From NCBI GenBank assembly GCA_965237895.1, contig CBDEGR010000002.1, positions 1,350,132 through 1,414,131 on the forward strand: a DNA stretch of 64,000 bases. The letters are read 5' to 3'. Source of the stretch: Terriglobia bacterium. GTDB lineage: Bacteria > Acidobacteriota > Terriglobia > UBA7540 > JAPUME01. Positions 1 through 9,367 of this stretch are shown here, one piece after another. Position numbers and translations under genes: made by a program. The stretch's first letter is position 1; each line of letters begins with the position of its first letter. Under the pieces are notes generated by a model. That model had not been told where the DNA came from. It made no database searches and saw only the letters and a program-made list of their open reading frames with translations.

Positions 1-2
1 GG

Positions 3-419
3 CTAACTACGAACCGCATTCCTTCCCACTAGCATCAGAAAACCGGAAACCAAAAATAGCCCATTGAACAAACCGATCAACTTAAAAAGGCCCGGGGTAC
101 CCAGCATGTAAAATCCGACCGGGAGGAAGGAAACAACGAAGACCGTGAAAAGGAACGAAGGCTTCTTCTTCCACGCGGACACGCCCCCCACGACGGCAAG
201 GGCCGTCATCGCGGCGGCCATCGCGGAAGCGGCGCCGATTATGGCTTCAGCCGCATAGGGATTGTAACTGACGAAGTAGCCCCAAAAGACAACGGTTCCC
301 ACCGCTCCAAGAATTCCGACCAGCCGTCCCATTTCGCTTGTAATTGGTGCCGCCATGAAGGAAGTATAGCCCTGATTGCGCCTAAAAAGGTAGGGTCGAG
401 CCTCCTCACCAAGTAACAT
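3..419 (-). CDS. small hydrophobic membrane protein, family not recognised
   Basis: 138-aa ORF with TAG stop at 3-5. Translation is dominated by Gly/Ala/Val/Phe-rich helices (VGILGAVGTVVFWGYFV, FLFTVFVVSFLPVGFYML). Confidence 0.45.
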   Translation of the reverse strand: MLLGEEARPYLFRRNQGYTSFMAAPITSEMGRLVGILGAVGTVVFWGYFVSYNPYAAEAIIGAASAMAAAMTALAVVGGVSAWKKKPSFLFTVFVVSFLPVGFYMLGTPGLFKLIGLFNGLFLVSGFLMLVGRNAVRS

Positions 420-456
420 CCGGCGTTCCCCACGGCAGTCCGGCGCGTCCCGGTTT

Positions 457-696
457 TCACTTCTTAGCTTTTTTCTTCATTCCTCTACCTTCCCAGTAGT
501 GGGCGGCCTTGTACTTGCGAACCTTTTCAACATCGCGGACAGTCCAAATCCGGGCTTCGAGGCCGCCGTTCCGTATTCTTCGTGGTTCCTGGATTTTCTC
601 ATCAGCCAACCATCGAAGCAGAATCCTCTTGTTGATCTGTAACTCATGCGCCACTTGTTGTGTAGTGTAGGTTCCCATCACTAACCTATGCCACAA
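457..696 (-). CDS. excisionase/MerR-like helix-turn-helix DNA-binding protein
   Basis: 79-aa ORF. YTTQQVAHELQINKRILLRWL...IWTVRDVEKV fits the Xis/HTH_17 pattern. Lies beside an integrase remnant and tRNA-Lys. The true start may be the internal Met at 678. Confidence 0.55.
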   Translation of the reverse strand: MWHRLVMGTYTTQQVAHELQINKRILLRWLADEKIQEPRRIRNGGLEARIWTVRDVEKVRKYKAAHYWEGRGMKKKAKK

Positions 697-889
697 GTTT
701 CGGGACTAACCCTGCATCAAGTTATCAACGGGTGCAAGTCGACAGGAGAGCCGACCGACAGGGATTCGCTTCGTTCGGACCTAGAGGAACGGAAAGGGGG
801 ACGGCGCGGGCCATTGGTGGCCCCACATAAAACTCTTCTTTGGGCCGTAAAATAGTATAAGGTATGGCGATTGCCAAGCGGAAAGGGCC

Positions 890-1282
890 ACTCGCTTCTG
901 GCAAGAATCCAGAGAAGCTTTCTGCTCGCAGAGACGAATACGCAGACATTTCCAGTTGTCGAAGCCTGTACTCCTATTTCCGTTCCGGCAGATCTTGAAA
1001 TTATCGGGGGAGTGTATGCTACACTCACTGCGTCACACGTAGGGAACGCGCCTTGGGGAAGCAGGCGTGGATGCCTTTGCGATTATGCGCCTGAGGGGAC
1101 ACTCCAGCGTTACAGTTTCTCGAAGATATGTGCACCCGACCTCGCCCGCCCTGGAGCGGGTAGTGGAGCAGCTAGAAGAGTTGAACCGGAAGGCCAACGG
1201 TAGCCTGCCGGAAGGCCAAAAACGACAGGCACCCGCTACAATTCCTGCTACACCCAGAAGGCGATTGTCCGTAATTCATTGA
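890..1282 (+). pseudogene. tyrosine recombinase (phage-type integrase) C-terminal remnant with in-frame TAG
   Basis: The frame ending at 1282 reads ...MLHSLRHT*GTRLGEAGVDAFAIMRLRGHSSVTVSRRYVHP. The box II motifs (HxLRHT, GHS, catalytic Tyr) are present, but a TAG at 1040-1042 sits inside them. No readable N-terminal domain lies upstream. The 5' limit is approximate. Confidence 0.7.
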
Positions 1283-1283
1283 T

Positions 1284-1359
<76 letters not shown>

Positions 1360-1496
1360 TCTATCTCTCTCAATCCCAAAGGCTTCCAAATAAGCGAACA
1401 TTCAGCCCTTTCTTCACTGTGGGGACTTTTGTGGGGACTCAGGCTTGTCCTAGTACAGAGCAAAGACCTGTTCGACCAGGAGGCTAACGTTCGGCA

Positions 1497-2729
1497 TCAG
1501 CGGCGGAGATCGAGACACACGAGGGTGTTTTCATTTCGCACATACAGGAATCCGTCGGCGATCGCCGGGTAGGCCCGGACGGTCGGCGGAAGGATCTGGG
1601 CGCGTACCAGCGGCCGGAAGGCATCGGGCGACGCTGCGGCCATCACCAGCTCGCCGCTTTCGCGCAGGATTAGCAATCGATCGCCGACGAGCGTGACTGT
1701 GCCAGCACGGAACCGATCCTCACTCCAGCGAACCTTGCCCGTCGCCAGCTCGACCGCGCGGAAACTCTGGCTGAAATCCTGACGTCCGTGAAACCCGTAC
1801 AAATGTCCGTCGTGGTACACACTCGTGGCGTAGTGATTCGAGAGCACCTCGTCGGATGCCCATAGTCCGATGAGCTTCGAACCGTCCACGCGCAGCACCG
1901 CCGCACCCGGTCCGTACTCGGCCGACACGAAGATCAGGTCCCCGATTACCAGCGGCGTCGCGACGTTGACCGACGACGCCTGCCGCGCCCGCCACGCCCG
2001 CCGAAACTGCACCGTCCCTGTCGCCGGATCGAGGCCGACGAGACCGTTGCGCGTGAGGAAGATCGCGGATCGGCGGCCGACAATCGTCGTGCCGGTCGCC
2101 GACGAATAGCTCGCCTCATCGTCGGTGGCCGTCCAGAGCACCTTGCCGCTTTTCGCGTCGAACGCGACGATGCCGGCCCTTCGGCCGCCGATGTTGGCCA
2201 GAAGCCTTCCATCCTCGACGAGCGGCGAACCTGCAGCACCGAAATAGCCTTTCGGCACGCTAAATCGCGCCCTGGTGTCTTCGCTCCAGATCCGCTTGCC
2301 GTCCGCGAGGCCGATCGCGTGGAGCTGCCCCTCTGCTCCGAACGTGTATATGACGTCATCCACGACGACGGGCACCGCCCGCGGCCCTTCGTCGAACCCG
2401 AAATCGTCGCGATACGAGGTGGGATAAGAATACCGCCACTGGCTCGCCCCGGTGCGCGCGTCGAGGGCCTCGACCACTTCGCTGTCGGATACTCGATGAA
2501 ACAGGATCAGTCGGCCTTGAACGACAACCGGGCCGCTGAACCCGGCGCCGATGGACTTGCGCCAAACCTCACGCGGGCCGCTCGCACCCCAGGTTTCCGC
2601 GAGCACCGGGCCCCGTGAGACGCCGTTCCGCTCTGGGCCGAGGAACTGCGGCCAGTCCTCAGCAGCCGTTTGGATCGCGATAGCGAGCGCGACGACAACC
2701 AATAACATCAGTTGATGTCGAATGGACAT
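1497..2729 (-). CDS. secreted PQQ-like / BamB-type beta-propeller repeat protein
   Basis: ORF 1497..2828. Start chosen at Met 2729, giving signal peptide MSIRHQLMLLVVVALAIAIQTAA. Shows the WPQFLGPERNG opening and repeated Trp-containing blades typical of PQQ-like propellers. Confidence 0.75.
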   Translation of the reverse strand: MSIRHQLMLLVVVALAIAIQTAAEDWPQFLGPERNGVSRGPVLAETWGASGPREVWRKSIGAGFSGPVVVQGRLILFHRVSDSEVVEALDARTGASQWRYSYPTSYRDDFGFDEGPRAVPVVVDDVIYTFGAEGQLHAIGLADGKRIWSEDTRARFSVPKGYFGAAGSPLVEDGRLLANIGGRRAGIVAFDAKSGKVLWTATDDEASYSSATGTTIVGRRSAIFLTRNGLVGLDPATGTVQFRRAWRARQASSVNVATPLVIGDLIFVSAEYGPGAAVLRVDGSKLIGLWASDEVLSNHYATSVYHDGHLYGFHGRQDFSQSFRAVELATGKVRWSEDRFRAGTVTLVGDRLLILRESGELVMAAASPDAFRPLVRAQILPPTVRAYPAIADGFLYVRNENTLVCLDLRR

Positions 2730-2879
2730 ATTCGATTGGAGTCGTATTCGTGATCTGGAATCTTGCTGGTCCCCGCCTTCGAGTTCCATAAAATAAATGC
2801 TTTCGGTTGTTATCAAACCACAGACCACATTCTAGCATCAAGGATGCGAAGCGACGTGATCCGCAAGTTCGGCATCCGC

Positions 2880-3027
2880 GAACTGTTATACGACACCTAG
2901 GGCAAATACGCCCAGGCCGAACCGCTCTACCAGCGCTCGCTGGCGATCCGGGAGAAGGCTCTGGGACCTGACCCCATCCCGACGTGGCCATGAGCCTCAA
3001 CAAAGGGTTACCGGCAGCCAACAAATA
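2880..3027 (+). pseudogene. fragment of a TPR (TPR_10/12-type) repeat protein
   Basis: Reads ELLYDT*GKYAQAEPLYQRSLAIREKALGPD, then shifts frame to (H)PDVAMSLNK. This is the classic LYxxQGKYxEAEPLYxRSLAIxEKxLGPDHPDVAxSLNNLA repeat, carrying a stop and a frameshift. No start and no further repeats. Confidence 0.5.
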
Positions 3028-3130
3028 GTCTGTGAGGCATGGTGGCCGAAAACATTTCCTTCTGATACGGGGGGATCAATTAGCCAGAAAGATGGCAGCC
3101 TCGGATTATCTGTCATGCGTACGCAACTTC

Positions 3131-3216
3131 GAATTTCTCTGTGGGTGGCGCGCACTGCGGGTGGCGCATACATCGCGCCATTTACGATGAATGATTGCGA
3201 TGTGGGCGATGGGTGC
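3131..3216. repeat. intergenic hairpin repeat, family A, copy 1 (GGGTGGCGCATACATCGC...GCGATGTGxGCGxTGGGTG)
   Basis: Near-identical core to 21239-21312 and, inverted, to 38013-38070. Internal inverted repeat CGCATACATCGC / GCGATGTGGGCG. Lies just downstream of the stop of the minus-strand mutase gene. Confidence 0.75.
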
Positions 3217-3227
3217 GAGCAGTCGGG

Positions 3228-4793
3228 TTAAATCACCACTGATTCACGATAGACGCCAAAGACCTGTCGAAGAGCGTCGGAGATTTCGCCCACGGTGGCG
3301 TAGGCTTTGACGGCGTCGAGGATGGGCGGAAGAAGGTTGCGGTCGCTCCGGGCCGCGTCCTCGACGGCTTGCAGCCGGGTTTGTACGCTTGCGGCATTGC
3401 GGCGAGCCCGCAAGCGGCGGAGGCGCTCGACCTGCTCGGTTTCAATCTTCGGGTCAATTCGTAGCGGTTCCGGATTGTTCTCCTTTTCCTCTGCGAAGCG
3501 GTTGATGCCGACGACGATTCTCTTTCCCGATTCAAGATCGCGTTGGGCTTCGAATGCCGCATCCTGAATCTCCTTCTGGAGAACACCGGCCTCAATGGCG
3601 GCCGTCGCTCCACCCATCGAGTCGATCTTTTGCAGCCACTCTTCGGCCTGCTGTTCGAGTTTTGTGGTCAGCGCTTCGATGGAATAGGAGCCGCCGACCG
3701 GGTCAACGGTATTCGTCGCGCCGCTCTCGTAGGCGATGATTTGTTGGGTGCGAAGCGCCAGCAGGGCGGAGTCCTCGGCGGGAAGGCCCAGCGCTTCGTC
3801 CCTTGAATTCGTGTGGATGGACTGCGCCCCGCCCAGCACCGCCGCCAGCGCTTGCAGCGTCACCCGCACCAAATTATTGTTCGGCTGCTGGGCGGTTAAC
3901 GTGGACCCGGCGGTCTGCGCGTGGAAGCGGAGCATTTGGGAACGCGGGTCTTTGGCCTTGAAGCGGTCGCGCATCAGCCGCGCCCAGAGCCGCCGTGCGG
4001 CGCGGAACTTGGCCACCTCTTCCAGGAAATTGTTGTGGACGTTGAAGAAGAACGAGAGACGCGGGGCGAAATCGTCAACGGCGAGTCCCCGTCGGAGTGC
4101 GGCTTCGGTATAGGTGACGGCGTGCGCCAAGGTGAAAGCAATCTCCTGCACCGCCGTCGCGCCGGCTTCGCGCATGTGGTAGCCGCTGACGGAGATCATA
4201 TTCCAGTTCGGCAATTGTTCGCGGCAGTAGGCGAAGATGTCGATCACCAAGCGGAGCGAAGGCGACAGCGGGTAGATGTAGGTGCCGCGCGCGACGTACT
4301 CTTTTAATATATCGTTCTGAATGGTCCCGGCCAGCTTCCTGACATCCGCGCCCTGCTTTTTCGCCACCGCCACATAGAGAGCCAGCAGAATCGCCGCCGT
4401 AGCGTTGATGGTCATCGACGTCGAAACCTTTTCCAGCGGGATGCCGTCGAAGAGCCGCTCCATGTCTTCGAGCGAATCGATCGCCACGCCGGCCTTCCCG
4501 ACCTCTCCCAGCGACTGCGCGTGGTCCGAATCCAACCCGAGCTGTGTCGGCAGGTCGAAGGCCGCTGAGAGGCCCATCTGCCCTTGCGAGAGCAGATAGC
4601 GGAAGCGGCGGTTCGACTTGGCCGCGTCGCCGAAGCCGGCGTACTGGCGCATGGTCCACAGCCGACGGCGATACATTTCCGGGTAGATGCCGCGCGTGTA
4701 GGGAAACTCGCCGGGCGGGCCCAAGTCAGGTTCCCCTTGAAAGCAGCTTGAAGCTTCAGCGGTGGAGTCTTTGCCGGGCGCTTTAGGTTTCAT
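3228..4793 (-). CDS. methylmalonyl-CoA mutase family, large (catalytic) subunit without a fused B12-binding domain
   Basis: 521 aa. Contains [61 protein letters not shown] and [24 protein letters not shown], which are hallmark acyl-CoA mutase TIM-barrel motifs. Confidence 0.9.
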   Translation of the reverse strand: MKPKAPGKDSTAEASSCFQGEPDLGPPGEFPYTRGIYPEMYRRRLWTMRQYAGFGDAAKSNRRFRYLLSQGQMGLSAAFDLPTQLGLDSDHAQSLGEVGKAGVAIDSLEDMERLFDGIPLEKVSTSMTINATAAILLALYVAVAKKQGADVRKLAGTIQNDILKEYVARGTYIYPLSPSLRLVIDIFAYCREQLPNWNMISVSGYHMREAGATAVQEIAFTLAHAVTYTEAALRRGLAVDDFAPRLSFFFNVHNNFLEEVAKFRAARRLWARLMRDRFKAKDPRSQMLRFHAQTAGSTLTAQQPNNNLVRVTLQALAAVLGGAQSIHTNSRDEALGLPAEDSALLALRTQQIIAYESGATNTVDPVGGSYSIEALTTKLEQQAEEWLQKIDSMGGATAAIEAGVLQKEIQDAAFEAQRDLESGKRIVVGINRFAEEKENNPEPLRIDPKIETEQVERLRRLRARRNAASVQTRLQAVEDAARSDRNLLPPILDAVKAYATVGEISDALRQVFGVYRESVVI

Positions 4794-4799
4794 GCGGGG

Positions 4800-5081
4800 T
4801 CATGATCGGATGGCGCGAGCCTTGAGAAGCGAGTAGAGCGAAAAAATAACCAGGAGAGTTACCGCTCCTACCCCGGCGTACCCGGCGTAAAACATCCCAA
4901 TGCCTTCCTGGGTATCATTCTGGTAATCCCGCCAAGCCTGGTAGGTCTTATGCCCGACGAAGACGGCCAGCGCGAAGAAGGCGAGGGCTACGGTGATATG
5001 GAAGGCACGAAGGGTGCTCAGCCAGGCACGCTGTCCCCAGATCTTCAACTTCGCCATCAATAATTGTTGGAGGATGCGCAT
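4800..5081 (-). CDS. small membrane protein (hypothetical), 6 nt upstream of the mutase gene
   Basis: 93-aa ORF with two hydrophobic helices (HITVALAFFALAVFVGH, AGVGAVTLLVIFSLYSLL). Family unknown. Confidence 0.4.
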   Translation of the reverse strand: MRILQQLLMAKLKIWGQRAWLSTLRAFHITVALAFFALAVFVGHKTYQAWRDYQNDTQEGIGMFYAGYAGVGAVTLLVIFSLYSLLKARAIRS

Positions 5082-5221
5082 ATCCGAACCGGGAACCTTT
5101 CTTCTCCCACCTATCTTAACGGGAATTGCGGATTTCCTCCAGGGGTTCTTCGCATCGAAAATAGGGAATACGGGATTGTCCCTGCGGCGGGGCTTGGTTA
5201 TAATCGGCGTTCGACGATTCC

Positions 5222-5515
5222 ATGAAGCCCGAAAAAAATACGGCCAGGAAGTATCTCATCTCGGGGCGAGTGCAAGGGGTCAGCTTCCGTTGGTACGTGG
5301 AGGAGCGGGCGCGGCGGTTGGGTTTGGCGGGTACCGTCAAGAACCTCCCGGACGGTCGCGTCGAAGCCTATGCGGTGGGTGAGCCGAAGGTTTTGGATAC
5401 GTTCAAGGCGCATCTTGAGGAGGGCCCCCGCGGCGCTCACGTCACCGGGGTTGAGGAGACCGAAGAGGCCGTGAACGCCGGCACCAAAGGTTTCGAGATC
5501 GAAGGCAGTTGGTGA
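5222..5515 (+). CDS. acyP: acylphosphatase
   Basis: 97 aa. ISGRVQGVSFRWYVEERARRLGLAGTVKNLPDGRVEAYAVGE matches the acylphosphatase signatures. Confidence 0.85.
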   Translation: MKPEKNTARKYLISGRVQGVSFRWYVEERARRLGLAGTVKNLPDGRVEAYAVGEPKVLDTFKAHLEEGPRGAHVTGVEETEEAVNAGTKGFEIEGSW

Positions 5516-5545
5516 GGAAGGTGATTTTTCAGTTCGGGAGGAGGC

Positions 5546-6070
5546 ATGGTGGAAGAGCTACGCAAGTTGATCCGGGAAGTGCCGGATTTTCCCAAGCCGG
5601 GAATTCTATTTTACGACATTACAACGCTGTTGAAAGATGCGAGAGGACTGCGAACCGCCGCAGATAAACTGGCCGAGCATTACACGGGCCAAAAAGTGGA
5701 CCGAGTGGTGGGCATCGAAGCGCGAGGCTTTATCTTTGCGCCGCTGGTGGCCTATCGGTTGAACGCCGGATTCGTCCCCGCGCGCAAGCCGAATAAATTG
5801 CCGGCGCCGGCCACCCGCGAGACCTATACGCTCGAATACGGTGAAGATTCGCTGGAGATTCACAATGACGCGGTCTCGAAAGGCGAGCAGGTGCTGATTA
5901 TCGACGACCTGCTGGCGACCGGCGGCACGGCGGCGGCGGCGGTGCGGTTGGTGAAGGCGCTCGGAGGAGAGGTCGCGGGCCTGGGCTTTGCGATTGAGTT
6001 GGATTTTTTGAAAGGGCGGGAGAAACTGGCCGGCTGCGACGTCTTCTCTCTGCTGCATTACTCGAAATAG
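5546..6070 (+). CDS. apt: adenine phosphoribosyltransferase
   Basis: 174 aa. Has [15 protein letters not shown], the [12 protein letters not shown] motif and the PRPP-binding [14 protein letters not shown] motif. Confidence 0.92.
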   Translation: MVEELRKLIREVPDFPKPGILFYDITTLLKDARGLRTAADKLAEHYTGQKVDRVVGIEARGFIFAPLVAYRLNAGFVPARKPNKLPAPATRETYTLEYGEDSLEIHNDAVSKGEQVLIIDDLLATGGTAAAAVRLVKALGGEVAGLGFAIELDFLKGREKLAGCDVFSLLHYSK

Positions 6071-6839
6071 CGGGGTACAAACAGGTTGAAGCAGGGCAAG
6101 TTGCAGGAGGGAGCGAAACTTTTTTCGCTTCTTCGTAGGTACCCGTATCGGGATGGACTACCGCCAGCTTCAGCACTTTTTCCAGGAACATGGCCTCCGG
6201 CAGTGCTCCTTCGAGCGATGCCGTTTTATTCACAATGGTCTTCGGAACTGCGCGAACGCCGTAGGTGGCCGCCAGGTCGGGAAACTGTGTGGCCTCGACG
6301 CAATCGGCGGTGACGTACTCGTTTTCGAGAGCGAATTGTTGAGCCAAGCGCACGGCCTGCGGGCAGTGCGGGCAGTGCGGTCAGGTGGGCGTGACGAAGA
6401 CTTCGAGGTGCGGAGGTTCGGTGATTTTCTTCAGCACCTCCTTGCTTGCGGGCCCCAGGCCGGAGTCGCCCTTCGAAACCGAAAGAATCGCTTCCACGAG
6501 GCTCGAAAACTCATACCCCAGGGGAAATCCGTAGAAACGAATCCCAAAATCTTTTTCCCCTTCGTCTTTTCCTTCCTTACTTTCCTCTCTGCCGGCCACG
6601 GCGGTCGAAGGAGCGCGTTCCACCTTCCATGCGGCGGCTTTCTCGCGGTCGATCTGTAGGTTGTAGATCTCGAGCGAAAGTTTTTCCGAAAGCGCGCAAA
6701 GCTCTGCGAGCAATTCTCGGGTTTCGCGGGCGTGCTCGACGTTGAGCCCCTGCGTGAAGTGGACCAACTTCACCGGCGAAGACATCTCTTCGAGAACTGT
6801 TCGGAGTTGCTGCTGTTGCTCGTCTGAGATAAATGCCAC
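5898..6839 (-). CDS. two-domain thioredoxin/glutaredoxin-fold protein (PDO / AhpF-N-terminal-like) interrupted by an in-frame TGA at the CxxC position
   Basis: ORFs 6381..6839 and 5898..6353 are in the same frame. Read-through gives ...HLEVFVTPT[TGA][23 protein letters not shown]...[10 protein letters not shown]. Homologues I recall read TPTCPxCPxA. The last ~85 codons are low-complexity antisense of apt and cross the apt terminator hairpin, so the true 3' end is probably earlier. Confidence 0.55.
6112..6134 (+). terminator. candidate intrinsic terminator downstream of apt
   Basis: AGCGAAA-CTTT-TTTCGCT 7-bp stem (6112-6129) followed by the T-rich TCTTC, about 40 nt after the apt stop. The stem is AT-rich, so the call is weak. 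Confidence 0.35.
6349..6370 (-). promoter_or_regulatory. hairpin 11-32 nt downstream of the in-frame TGA (candidate bacterial SECIS)
   Basis: Minus strand: CGCAC-U-GCC-[CGCA]-GGC-C-GUGCG. That is 5+3 bp with a U/C mismatch. The apical loop starts 20 nt after the UGA and has a G at loop position 2. Confidence 0.3.
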
Positions 6840-6860
6840 TTTATTTCCCCATGATTCGAC

Positions 6861-7673
6861 TTAAGATTTTTTTCTCTTCGAGATCGGCCGCTGTCGGCCC
6901 GTGCTGCCCGGGCTGGGCGGCGCGGGAATTTCGCGGGCAAAGTTTTCGGCGAATACCTGGTATCCCTCGTTGGGAGGAAACAGATGGGTCATCAGCTCCA
7001 AGCGCCGGCGAAGCGCCGGGACCGGAAGATCGGAGGGCCCCAGGCGAACCTCGACGTCGTGCCAGAGACCGTGAACGTATTCGGAGAGGGTGCCGGCGAA
7101 GGAAGCGGCCAAGTAGTCATCCAGCTTGTCTTTTTTCTCCCGGGTTGAGGCCGCCAGGAAGTTTTTCTTCACCGCCTGCACGTCTTCGTCGATTTCGCCG
7201 GGGACGCCGTCTTTCAGCTCCTGTTCCAGGAGCCGGCGGTACTGGGACCGTTCGCCTCGGCTCAACCGTTCCTGCAGGATTTCCCCGATCGCCGCCAGAA
7301 GCTCAAATCCCGCATCGTGCGCGTTCGATTCTCGGCAAGCGACGACCACGTGGAGAATCTTGTTTTCTTCAACCCATACCACCGTGTGCGTAGCTCCTTT
7401 GGGCTTTTCTTCGCGTACCACGTCCTCTTCCGGCAGGCATTCGATGTAAGGGACGGCCCAGACTCGTGCCGGGGCAAGCCTTGAGGCGACCGGCGCGGGA
7501 ACGGCGCTGACCGGGTCCCGTACAATCGTACGTTCTTCCGAAGGCGCAAGAAGAATCGCCGAGCAGTATTCCCACTTGTGCTCCAGGTGAGAGACGACGC
7601 TCAAGGATTGTCGGACGAATTCACGAACAGGAGCGCCGAATTTCGGTTCAGGTGTCAAGTCCGGATATTCCAT
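6861..7673 (-). CDS. hypothetical protein, between mtaB and the thioredoxin-fold gene on the same strand
   Basis: 270-aa ORF with coding-like composition and an acidic/helical central region. No family recognised. Confidence 0.5.
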   Translation of the reverse strand: MEYPDLTPEPKFGAPVREFVRQSLSVVSHLEHKWEYCSAILLAPSEERTIVRDPVSAVPAPVASRLAPARVWAVPYIECLPEEDVVREEKPKGATHTVVWVEENKILHVVVACRESNAHDAGFELLAAIGEILQERLSRGERSQYRRLLEQELKDGVPGEIDEDVQAVKKNFLAASTREKKDKLDDYLAASFAGTLSEYVHGLWHDVEVRLGPSDLPVPALRRRLELMTHLFPPNEGYQVFAENFAREIPAPPSPGSTGRQRPISKRKKS

Positions 7674-7716
7674 AGCCCTCCCCTATGAATGTTTATCGGC
7701 ATCGGGTGATTTCTCC

Positions 7717-9105
7717 TTAAAAATGGCTGGAAACGGGGCTTCCCAGTAGGTGTTGATTCCGGCGGCCGGTAATGGTCGCCTCGACCAGGCGGTTCCCCGC
7801 CGTATCCTGCTGGGAGAGAAGAACCTTCAGGTAATTGCTGCTTAAGCCTAGCGGACCTTCTCCGGCCTGTCGGTCGAGAGTCAGGACCGAAAGGGTGCGG
7901 CCCAACTGCTCTTCCAGGAAGCGGATGTGCTTGGCGGCCACCAGGGCTCGAATCTCCCGGCTTCTCTCCTTCGCCACGCGCCCGTTCACATGGGCCGGCA
8001 TTTCCCCCGCCGTTGTTCCGGTGCGGAGCGAGTAGGGAAAGACGTGAACGTAGGTGAAAGGAAGCGATTCGATCAACTGCACGCTTTCCCGATGATCTTC
8101 TTCCGTCTCGCCGGGAAAGCCGACCATGATGTCGGCTCCGATCGCAGCATCCGGCATCCGCTCCCGGATGGCTTCGATCCGCTCGGCGTATTGGGAAGTC
8201 CAATAGCGGCGGTTCATCAGGCGGAGAATACGATTGCAGCCGCTCTGTAAGGGAACATGAAAATGCCGCGCCATGCGGGAGTCCGTGGCGACAAGGCGAA
8301 TCAAATCGGGCGTCACGTCCATCGGCTCGATGGAGCTGATGCGAATACGCGCCAGGTCGGTTTCGGATAATAACCTCTCCAGTAAACCGACAAAGTTGAG
8401 CGAACGGCCCAAGTCCTTCCCATAGCTGCCCAGGTTGATTCCCGAAAGCACGACTTCCCGGTAGCCGGACTTAGAGAGTTGCCGGGCCTGCTCCACGGTT
8501 TGCTCCGGCGGCAGGCTACGGCTGTTGCCGCGGACGTAGGGAATGATGCAAAAGGAGCAGCGAGCATTGCAGCCGTCCTGGATTTTGAGTGTGGGGCGTG
8601 TCCGTGTGTCGGAAAAGAACGGCTCGCCCAGTAATTTTTTTTGCTCGAATATGTCGCCGACCAGAACCTTTGCTCGCTCCAATTCGAATGGAATTTGGGG
8701 GGGAATCGAAGGTTCAGCCTCTTTCCTCGCTTGCAGCTCCTCGAGGGAGACGAACCCGCTGGGCACGTTGCTCGGCCGGAAAAGATCGTGAACCTGTTCT
8801 TTATGGGAATTCCCGACGACCCAGGTGACGCCTTCCATTTGGGCCAACTCGTCGGGCGCGCGCTGCGCGTAGCAGCCGGTGACCAGGATCTTGCATTCCG
8901 GGTTTTGGCGGTGGATACGGCGGATGATCTGCCGCAACTCGGCATCGGCCCTGGCCGTGACCGTGCAGGAATTGAGCAATGCTACATCGCAGCGGTTCGT
9001 CGTGTCGGCTTCCTGCCAGCCTTCGCGGATCATTTCCCGCCGAAGCGTTGCGCCGTCGGCTTGGTTGGCGCGGCATCCGAAGTTGAGAACGCGGAACGAA
9101 CCCAT
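7717..9105 (-). CDS. mtaB: tRNA (t6A37) methylthiotransferase, radical SAM MiaB-like
   Basis: 462 aa. N-terminal UPF0004 domain (NFGCRANQADG...LNSCTVT), radical SAM CxxxCxxC (GCNARCSFCIIPYVRG), C-terminal TRAM-like tail. Confidence 0.88.
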   Translation of the reverse strand: MGSFRVLNFGCRANQADGATLRREMIREGWQEADTTNRCDVALLNSCTVTARADAELRQIIRRIHRQNPECKILVTGCYAQRAPDELAQMEGVTWVVGNSHKEQVHDLFRPSNVPSGFVSLEELQARKEAEPSIPPQIPFELERAKVLVGDIFEQKKLLGEPFFSDTRTRPTLKIQDGCNARCSFCIIPYVRGNSRSLPPEQTVEQARQLSKSGYREVVLSGINLGSYGKDLGRSLNFVGLLERLLSETDLARIRISSIEPMDVTPDLIRLVATDSRMARHFHVPLQSGCNRILRLMNRRYWTSQYAERIEAIRERMPDAAIGADIMVGFPGETEEDHRESVQLIESLPFTYVHVFPYSLRTGTTAGEMPAHVNGRVAKERSREIRALVAAKHIRFLEEQLGRTLSVLTLDRQAGEGPLGLSSNYLKVLLSQQDTAGNRLVEATITGRRNQHLLGSPVSSHF

Positions 9106-9367
9106 TAATTGTATTGTATGCGCGAAGGGCCGAAGGACTCAAGTCTTACTCCAGCGAGCCTCACCGTGCGGGTTTCGGTTCCCGGAAAACGGCATCTTAT
9201 GCTAAGGTAGAATCCTGCGGTGTTCTTCCGCAATCTCCCCCTCCCGTACCCTCGAAGGCGGTTGGGTACCAGACAAATTATAAAAACCGGGCAATATACT
9301 AAATCCAGGCAATAGAAAAGAAAGACTGAAAACGGCCTAAGTATTCCCGGCCGGAATTATTAATTCC

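Noticed and set aside
5082-5221. Looked for a cobalamin riboswitch upstream of the small-membrane-protein/mutase operon.
   Set aside because: I could not see a B12-box-like consensus or the expected multi-stem GC-rich architecture in either orientation. The region is short and also has to hold the divergent acyP promoter.
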